Assembly (NCBI RefSeq): GCF_000016745.1
Contig: NC_009483.1
Location: forward strand, 1,860,001-1,892,000
DNA: 32,000 nucleotides
Source: Geotalea uraniireducens Rf4
GTDB taxonomy: Bacteria; Desulfobacterota; Desulfuromonadia; Geobacterales; Geobacteraceae
Direction: 5' to 3'
The position numbers were made by a program, and so were the translations under genes. This document shows, piece after piece, positions 25,857-32,000 of the stretch. The notes beneath the pieces were generated by a model. The model was given only the letters and a program-made list of their open reading frames with translations. It ran no database searches and was not told where the DNA came from. Position 1 is the stretch's first letter; each line of letters starts with the position of its first letter.

Positions 25857-26036
25857 ACAGCATTGTCCGGTTTGGTTCTTGCTGCCAGCGAATCCCCCCC
25901 TCTCCCTAGCCCTCTCCCACCGGGGGAGAGGGGACATAAGCTCCCCTCCCTTTGATGGGAGGGGCTGGGGGAGGGTGCAAGACAGTGGTTTCAAGCCAGA
26001 ACGCCAAGATGCAAAGACCAAACCGGACAACGCTGG
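25857..26036. repeat. composite palindromic element: 18-bp inverted repeats enclosing G/C-rich CCCTCTCCC/GGGAGAGGG and CCCCTCCC/GGGAGGGG hairpins
   Basis: cagcattgtccggtttgg (25857-25875 region) versus ccaaaccggacaacgctg (26017-26036 region), 17/18 as the reverse complement. The interior matches the 10898-10935 repeat. Confidence 0.55.
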
Positions 26037-26104
26037 GTTTTTTAATGTTTAATTACCGGAGCAATAAAGCTTTTGCAAGCAGGATAAACGTGGATGAAAG
26101 CGGT

Positions 26105-28012
26105 TCATTGCAGGCGGTTCAGACGATTTTTGTAGATGTAATTTGTCCCCTGGTAGTAGGCGAGCGCATCCAGCAGCAGTCCATCCTGCGGTTTTATTTC
26201 CGTTGTTTTGCCGTCCTGTCGGGAAAAGCTGAAGTATTCGGCCTCCTTTTTCGGCCCGAGGACCAGCAGTTTGTCGCCTTCGATGAAACCGAGTTTCTGG
26301 TAGGTGGAGATGAACGCCCGTTCCTGCCCGTCTTCCATGTTGAGGATATCTTTGCCCATGAACTTGGTGGTGTAGCTGAAATTCAGCAGGCCGAGCACGG
26401 TCGGGGCTATGTCGATCTGGCTCATCATCCGGTCGATTCGCTGCGGTTTGACCAGGGCGGGGGCGTAGATGAAGAGCGGGATTTCGTAATTTTTTACCGG
26501 CAGCGCCATCTTGCGCGCGCTTCCCGCGCAGTGGTCCGCGACAATGACGAAAACGGTGTCCTTGAACCAGGGCTGTTTCCTTGCCTCTGACAACAACCTG
26601 CCGATGGCGTAATCCGCATACTTTATTCCACCGTCACGACCGGTTTTGGAGGGGATGTCGATCTTTCCTTCGGGATAGGTGAACGGCCGGTGGTTGGAGG
26701 TGGTCATGACCACACTGAAAAACGGTTTTTTCTGCTGGTGGGATTTGCCCGCTTCCTTGATGACCTTGTTGAACAGGTCCTCGTCGCACACCCCCCAGGC
26801 GTTGGTGAACGTCACCTCGTCATTGGCGAAGTTCAGCCTGTCGACCGTGGCAAAGCCGTTGTTGGCGAAGAAGTAGTTCATGTTGTCGAAATAGCCGTGG
26901 CCCGCGTAGATGAACTTGTTATCGTACCCCTTGTCCTTCATCACCGAGCCCCAGGAGAAAAAGTTTTCGTTTTTGGGGCGTTTGACGATGGATGTGCCGG
27001 GGAGGGGGGGGATGGCCAGGGTGATGGCTTCGAGGCCGCGCACCGTCCTTGTACCGGTGGCGTACAGGTGGGTGAAGAACAGCGATTCGCCGGACAGCCT
27101 GTCCAGGTTCGGTGTCAGACCTTTTTTGTTGCCGAAGGCGGTGAGATATTCCGCGCTCAGGCTCTCTTCGATGACGACGATGACGTTGAGGCGCTTTTCC
27201 TGACCCTGATGCTCTATGACACGGGCAATGTTGCTGCTGTCCCGGCCGGCAAAGTGGTTATTCTTCTCCTGCACGAGCCCTCTGAGCCTGGCGAGAGCCA
27301 CTTTGTTGTCCTTGGTGACATAGAATTTGTTGAAGTCCAGCTCGTTGTTTCTGAAAGCGGCAAAGAGGTTGTAGATGCCGTTGCCGGCCAGCTCGTCGGC
27401 ATAATTGTTCGGTGAAATGTGCGACAGGGAGAGATCGACAAAGGCAAACGACAGGATCGGCAGTGCCAGAAACACCAGGCCGGTTTTGAGCCTCTCGCCA
27501 AAGCGGGATTTGGCGGTAAAAGAACGGTCCAGGTGCTTTTTGACAGAGAGAAAGACGAAAATATTTAGGAGAAAAATTGCTGCGAGAATCCAGTTGACCG
27601 GATAGGACTCGCGGATGTTGCGGACGACCTCGGAGGTATAGATGAGGTAGTCGACGGCGATGAAGTTGAATCTGGTGGCGAATTCGTCGAAAAAGGTATA
27701 TTCGGCAACCGCATCGAAAAGCATCAGGTAGGTGAGTACGAAGCAGACGATGTAGGCAAACGGCCTGAACCACTTACTGTTGAAGACCTTGTCGGGAAGG
27801 ATGACGGCAAACAGGACGAAGGGTATGGCTGCATAGGTGAAGGTGACACAGTCGAAAAACAAGCCCACACCGTAAATCTTCGCCAGCAGGAGCGGGGTCA
27901 GGTCCAGGTTCGGCAGCGACTTGATCAGGAGAATCGTTCTGATGAGAAACGAAAATACGAGGACAATCAACAGCAGGGTGAATAACGACCGATACCTGTT
28001 TTTCGACAACAT
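26105..28012 (-). CDS. LTA synthase/sulfatase-family membrane phosphotransferase (MdoB/LtaS-like)
   Basis: 635 aa with five N-terminal TM helices and then an alkaline-phosphatase-superfamily domain (VIVVIEESLSAEY, TGTRTVRGLEA, VVMTTSNHRPF, VADHC). Confidence 0.85.
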   Translation of the reverse strand: MLSKNRYRSLFTLLLIVLVFSFLIRTILLIKSLPNLDLTPLLLAKIYGVGLFFDCVTFTYAAIPFVLFAVILPDKVFNSKWFRPFAYIVCFVLTYLMLFDAVAEYTFFDEFATRFNFIAVDYLIYTSEVVRNIRESYPVNWILAAIFLLNIFVFLSVKKHLDRSFTAKSRFGERLKTGLVFLALPILSFAFVDLSLSHISPNNYADELAGNGIYNLFAAFRNNELDFNKFYVTKDNKVALARLRGLVQEKNNHFAGRDSSNIARVIEHQGQEKRLNVIVVIEESLSAEYLTAFGNKKGLTPNLDRLSGESLFFTHLYATGTRTVRGLEAITLAIPPLPGTSIVKRPKNENFFSWGSVMKDKGYDNKFIYAGHGYFDNMNYFFANNGFATVDRLNFANDEVTFTNAWGVCDEDLFNKVIKEAGKSHQQKKPFFSVVMTTSNHRPFTYPEGKIDIPSKTGRDGGIKYADYAIGRLLSEARKQPWFKDTVFVIVADHCAGSARKMALPVKNYEIPLFIYAPALVKPQRIDRMMSQIDIAPTVLGLLNFSYTTKFMGKDILNMEDGQERAFISTYQKLGFIEGDKLLVLGPKKEAEYFSFSRQDGKTTEIKPQDGLLLDALAYYQGTNYIYKNRLNRLQ

Positions 28013-28323
28013 GAGCTCGTTTTCCTTTTGCTTTCAAATGGGTTAGCTTTGTGGAACAAACAGGCTGACTTTACTGCATATGCGGCGGGAAAGTCCAGAC
28101 TATTCATAGCCGGGTCGTAAAATTTTGCAGATGGCAAAATCGGACGCAATGTCAGGTAGATACGCAGACGGCCCGATTCGCAGCAGCATGTTTGGCGCCT
28201 GTTCTGGCCGAAGATACGAGGCACCGGATTACCCTTGCTGCAAAAAGCATTTGAACGCTTTCCGTATCCGTTCTATAAATAGCTGCGGGTTTTGCTGTCC
28301 GTTTATTCCAAAAACGGCAGTTA

Positions 28324-28453
28324 GCCACGAATGACACGAATAAACACGAATGTTTTTAACACCTTGTAAAGTCTTGGGTAGTTACCGAACTGGTAAGTGT
28401 CTTCTGCATCACAAGAGCTTGTATATTCGTGCAAATTCGTGAAAATTCGTGGC
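28324..28453. repeat. phased heptamer array: 3 x CACGAAT (direct) ... 3 x ATTCGTG (inverted), ~130-bp palindromic unit
   Basis: CACGAAT at 28326, 28335 and 28345. ATTCGTG at 28425, 28435 and 28445 (9-10-bp periodicity). Outer GC/GC closes a 29-bp imperfect terminal inverted repeat. It lies in the 480-bp divergent intergenic region. Confidence 0.7.
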
Positions 28454-28492
28454 TAAAATGCTTTTTATATATTCCATGGAGGGACCGTACCG

Positions 28493-29365
28493 GTGGCCGA
28501 GCGTTGTTTTTTGATTGTAAATCCCACTTCGGGGAGTTATTCACAGCAGAAAATCGAAAGGGTCATGACTGCCTTGCGTGGTCACGGCCTTATCCCTGAA
28601 CTTATGCTTACCGGCAGCGCGGCGGATGCCCCTCTCTTTGCCCGGCGCATCTGTGCGGAGGAGGCGGAGCCGTTCATCGTCGCAGGCGGTGGCGACGGCA
28701 CGATCAACGGTGTGGTTAACGGCCTTGTTCCCGGCAGGGCGACGCTGGGGGTGCTTCCTTTCGGCACGGCAAATGTGCTGGCGCGGGAGCTGAACATCAA
28801 ATCAGTTGATGATGCGGTGCAGAAGCTCGTCAGGGGCGGGACGCGCCGGCTCCAGATCGGTTTGATCGAGGCGCGCGGGGAAAGAAAATATTTTTTCCTC
28901 ATGGCCGGCATCGGCTTCGACGGCGCAGTGGTGGAAAACGTCCGTCTGGGAGAGAAGAAGATCATCGGCAAGGGAGCCTATCTTCTCTCGGCGCTGCGAA
29001 CGCTTGCAGCCTGGGACCGGCAGAAGCTGGAGATCAAGGTCGACGGCAGGGTGGTGGAATGCCATGGCGCAGTCGTCTGCAACGGGGCAAAATACGGGGG
29101 AGATTTTGTCCTTGCCCCTGCGGCGGATATCTTTACGCCGGGGTTCCAGGTGCTCTGCGTCAGGGGCGGGAAGAGGTGGACGTACCTGAAGCTGGCTTTG
29201 GACATGGTTGCGGGGCGGCCGCCGCAGGGGAAGGACATTGCCGTTTTTCCCGCCCGTGAACTGGAGATTTCAGGCAACAAGGCGATCCAGGTCGATGGTG
29301 ATTATTACTGCCATGCACCGGTGAGAATCACGGCTGTTGAGGACTTTGTCCGGGTAATCGTTTGA
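28493..29365 (+). CDS. diacylglycerol/lipid kinase (DAGK catalytic domain, YegS/BmrU family)
   Basis: 290 aa: FLIVNPTSGS and GGDGTINGVVNGL. GTG start preceded by GGAGGGA. Confidence 0.85.
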   Translation: MAERCFLIVNPTSGSYSQQKIERVMTALRGHGLIPELMLTGSAADAPLFARRICAEEAEPFIVAGGGDGTINGVVNGLVPGRATLGVLPFGTANVLARELNIKSVDDAVQKLVRGGTRRLQIGLIEARGERKYFFLMAGIGFDGAVVENVRLGEKKIIGKGAYLLSALRTLAAWDRQKLEIKVDGRVVECHGAVVCNGAKYGGDFVLAPAADIFTPGFQVLCVRGGKRWTYLKLALDMVAGRPPQGKDIAVFPARELEISGNKAIQVDGDYYCHAPVRITAVEDFVRVIV

Positions 29366-29407
29366 TTGAGCCCTGCCGAAGGGAGCCCCCAGCTGATCCC
29401 CGATAGT

Positions 29408-29953
29408 TCAGAAATTCCAGCTCAAGCCGACCATGTGCAGGTCGAGGCCGGGGTTGCCGCCGCCATAGATGCCCCCATTCGACATGTGCTGGAAACGGTA
29501 TCCCACCCCCGGTCCCGAATCAAAACGGTAGGTGAGACCCACATGGGCCATAAACAGAAACCTCCCGTTGAAGTCCTGCCGGCCGTATGTCCTTTGACTC
29601 ATTAAGCAGACATTCGGTCCCAGGTCCAGTGCCAGCCCTTTGCCGGCTTTATCCAGGACGATACCGGGGCCGAGGGTGCCGATGAAACCGGTTTCTCCTC
29701 CGCCATGAAGAGCTCCGGCAGCGGCATTGATCTGCAAGGCTACTCCCCACCCTGAGGCTGCTCGCCAGTCCCATGGCAGCCCATATGTTGTAAATACTTC
29801 ATACTGGTGAAAAAATTCATGTTTTTCTTTGGCCGAAATGCCGGCCCTGATGCCGACATCTTTCCACCCTGCGTCTGCTGCCTTGCACAGGCTGGGGCAG
29901 ACAATGCCGATTAAAGAAATCAGTGTCAGCAGTTTAACGGCGGTCTGTCTCAT
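29408..29953 (-). CDS. PagL-like lipid A deacylase / acyloxyacyl hydrolase outer-membrane beta-barrel
   Basis: 181 aa with a signal peptide, alternating beta-strand pattern, the HMSNGG motif (His-x-Ser catalytic pair of the PagL family) and a C-terminal aromatic residue (WNF). Confidence 0.7.
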   Translation of the reverse strand: MRQTAVKLLTLISLIGIVCPSLCKAADAGWKDVGIRAGISAKEKHEFFHQYEVFTTYGLPWDWRAASGWGVALQINAAAGALHGGGETGFIGTLGPGIVLDKAGKGLALDLGPNVCLMSQRTYGRQDFNGRFLFMAHVGLTYRFDSGPGVGYRFQHMSNGGIYGGGNPGLDLHMVGLSWNF

Positions 29954-30057
29954 GGTCCCTCTCCCCCTGTCTTAAAATTACATACGATTAACCATATGCA
30001 AATTTTACCGGCGTTATGAAAAATTTCAACCCGGCTTCGGCAGTTGGAGAGGACTTC

Positions 30058-31368
30058 TTATTTTGCGCTTCCTTTCAATCGGTCCAGCACCTTTGCCTTT
30101 TCCACTGCGTACTCCTCTTCCGACATGGCGCCACGCTCCACCTTGCTCTTCAAGGCGCGCAAAGCATCTTCCGCAGCTGCTGCGGGGTCTGCGGCCTTGT
30201 TCTCTCCCTTGCCCGCGACATGTGCTTCTCCCCGTTCCCGCAGCCGGTTTGCCTCTGCCTTGATGTCCACAAGGTCCATCTTCAATTCGGCATTGCCGTA
30301 CCAGTGGGCGTAGGCAGGGTTCTGGTGGTAGGCGCCCTTGATGGTCCGGGCATAGTCGTACTTTTTCATCTTGAAGAAGAGCCGCTCGATGTGGGAGGTG
30401 TCCTCATAGAGCATCTGGTTGTCGGTGACCAGCTTCCTGCCGCTTAAGGGGTGCTCGGGGCGCTGTTCCGGCATCGGGTCGAGGAGGCCGTGGTCGGACA
30501 GGTCCCAGATGATCTTTTCCGCTTCCTTGAGAATAGTCAGGCTCTGGCTGCGGACCGCGTCACCTCGTGCCAGGTCCTTGCGGGCGAACTCGGGTGCATG
30601 GCACTGGCTGCAGATTTGCAGCATCTCTTTGCGGGCCGGTTCGGCCTGCTTTGCCGGGTAGGGGGCGCCGCCGGAACTCATGGTGATGCCGAAGGAGACG
30701 TTGTGGCTTCCTTTGGGCATGTGGCAGGTCTGGCAGGTGGGGCCGGTGCTGATGCCGGCCGTGGCGTTGAGGGTGCCGTGCAGGGAGGTCTGCCACATCT
30801 CCCACTGGGGGTGGTCCGGTCCCATGTGGCACTTGGCGCAGGAGTTGGGATCGCGGACGATGGCCAGGCTTGTGTTGTGGTTGGTGTGGCAGGAGGCGCA
30901 GGAGCTTTCCACGTTGTGGCAATAGTTGCAGCCGATCTCTGCCATCTCGCTCGTTTGCTTGAGGAATCGGGCGCACTGGACCCCGGACAGGGGCGCGGTG
31001 CTCCCCTCCTCATGGCAGAAGCGGCATTCAGCGGGATCGCGGTTGGCCAGGTTGCGGGTGCAGCCCCAGCCGGAATGGAGTCCCATGCCGTGGCGGCTCG
31101 CCTTGTGTTCCTTGAACGCCTTCTGGTGGCAGGGGCCGCAGACCTTCATGTCGACCCTCGCCTCACCCTTGACGATCTTGTCATGGTCGCTGCCGTGGCA
31201 TTTCTCGCAGCCTATCCTGGCCCGGGCATGGGCGCTGGTTTCCCACTGGTGAACGGCCGCCGGAGTTTTTTCCCGGTGGCAGGGGATGCACTCTTCGGCT
31301 GCTGCCGGGTGCGATAAGGAAATGGCGACGATGACGACGAGCGCCAACTGTGCGATGCGGTTTTTCAT
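30058..31368 (-). CDS. periplasmic multiheme c-type cytochrome (nine CXXCH; HAO/octaheme-like architecture) with C-terminal SHOCT-like tail
   Basis: From ATG 31368 there is a signal peptide (...SHPAAA/EE). The CXXCH motifs are CIPCH, CEKCH, CGPCH, CRFCH, CNYCH, CASCH, CAKCH, CQTCH and CSQCH. The tail is LRALKSKVERGAMSEEEYAVEKAKVLDRL. ATGA overlap with the upstream ORF stop. Confidence 0.85.
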   Translation of the reverse strand: MKNRIAQLALVVIVAISLSHPAAAEECIPCHREKTPAAVHQWETSAHARARIGCEKCHGSDHDKIVKGEARVDMKVCGPCHQKAFKEHKASRHGMGLHSGWGCTRNLANRDPAECRFCHEEGSTAPLSGVQCARFLKQTSEMAEIGCNYCHNVESSCASCHTNHNTSLAIVRDPNSCAKCHMGPDHPQWEMWQTSLHGTLNATAGISTGPTCQTCHMPKGSHNVSFGITMSSGGAPYPAKQAEPARKEMLQICSQCHAPEFARKDLARGDAVRSQSLTILKEAEKIIWDLSDHGLLDPMPEQRPEHPLSGRKLVTDNQMLYEDTSHIERLFFKMKKYDYARTIKGAYHQNPAYAHWYGNAELKMDLVDIKAEANRLRERGEAHVAGKGENKAADPAAAAEDALRALKSKVERGAMSEEEYAVEKAKVLDRLKGSAK

Positions 31369-32000
31369 TGATGTAACATCCTTTCTCGGGCGGATTGGTA
31401 GTCGGGGATGGAAATCAGCCCTTCGCTCCGCCATTTGCGCAGGGTGAGGAGGCGTTCCCTCTCCGCTGGAACCGTTTTGTCCGCCTTGGGTTCGCCAAGG
31501 CCTGAAATCATGTAGAGGTTGTCGTCGTATCTGACCAGGAGGCGTCCCCCGATCGGGGCGAAGGCCCCTTCGCTCGTCGCGGGGAAGGCGACGACTTCTT
31601 TGTCGTCCCGATACAGGCGGCCGTCGATCAGGGCATAGCGGTTGCCGGGGGACAGGGCGATGGTGCGGCCGGGAGAGGGGATGGTCGCCAGTTCTTTTTC
31701 CATCCAGGGGTCGAGCCAGTGGCTGGCATTGGCGCCGTCTCCGTAAAGGATACGTTCGCCGTCTGCGGAGTAGACCGCTCCGGCGGAGGTGACGGTGGCA
31801 CTTGCCACTTCCTTTTCAGCGCCGCTCTCCAGGTTGCGGATGAATATCTTTACGTAGGGAGAGAATGCGGGGGGATCCTGCAAGCGGGTATAGGCGATCT
31901 CGTCACTGAGTGGGGAAAGGGCGAAGGTGAAGGTCTGATAGAGTCTTTCCGCCGGCCATCTGGCGATGAACGGCCTGACCGTGGTTTCGCTGAGGGTCGT
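31365..32000 (-). CDS. beta-propeller-like (TolB/PD40-like) protein with C-terminal SHOCT-like tail; 5' end outside window
   Basis: The frame stays open to position 32000, and the TTG at 31883 in the ORF track is internal. It has repeated ...DG.RILY/...DGRLY... strand patterns. The tail is RERLLTLRKWRSEGLISIPDYQSARERML. Confidence 0.55.
   Translation of the reverse strand, partial: TTLSETTVRPFIARWPAERLYQTFTFALSPLSDEIAYTRLQDPPAFSPYVKIFIRNLESGAEKEVASATVTSAGAVYSADGERILYGDGANASHWLDPWMEKELATIPSPGRTIALSPGNRYALIDGRLYRDDKEVVAFPATSEGAFAPIGGRLLVRYDDNLYMISGLGEPKADKTVPAERERLLTLRKWRSEGLISIPDYQSARERMLHQ

Noticed and set aside
28190-28250. GGCAC...TTGCT sequences in the LtaS/DAGK intergenic region as sigma54 promoters.
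   Set aside because: GG to GC spacing is 17 nt rather than 12, so there is no acceptable match.

Overview
High-GC (~58-60%) chromosomal window, probably from a Geobacter-like member of the Desulfuromonadales (inferred from gene content, not a database match). The left two thirds is mostly core metabolism. It holds a crotonase, then a MerR regulator divergent from an operon for a membrane Fe-S (NarI-like + 2x[4Fe-4S] + CCG) oxidoreductase and EtfB-EtfA. Next come an odd in-frame EtfB'-'CCG chimeric ORF, rbgA/ylqF, rluE, a RIO-type kinase and alanine dehydrogenase. An AMP-forming acyl-CoA synthetase follows, then a translationally coupled E1alpha-E1beta-E2-carrier protein operon, small membrane and zinc-ribbon proteins, an RRM RNA-binding protein and pcm. 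Region 19.0-25.7 kb is a decayed accessory patch: brnA with an N-terminally truncated brnT, a CPBP protease, and a RayT-like HUH/Y1 transposase with a DnaA-C-like HTH bracketed by 21-bp inverted repeats. It also holds a complete IS21-family element (istA/istB plus an extra 83-aa ORF) and an S9 peptidase gene gutted by an internal deletion. The right end encodes envelope-lipid enzymes (LtaS/sulfatase-family transferase, DAG/lipid kinase, PagL-like deacylase). It finishes with a nine-CXXCH multiheme cytochrome translationally coupled to a beta-propeller-like protein; both end in SHOCT-like tails. The window is rich in non-coding repeats. These are an inverted pair of a 124-bp MITE-like element flanking 12 kb, GTAG-headed GC-rich hairpins, G-rich palindromic repeats, a 15-unit in-phase heptanucleotide array built as a palindrome of heptads, and a phased CACGAAT/ATTCGTG array. 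No rRNA, tRNA or CRISPR was recognised. The most interesting candidates are the E1-E2-ACP relay locus with its heptad array, the EtfB-CCG chimera, the SHOCT-tailed cytochrome pair and the IR-bracketed RayT-like unit.
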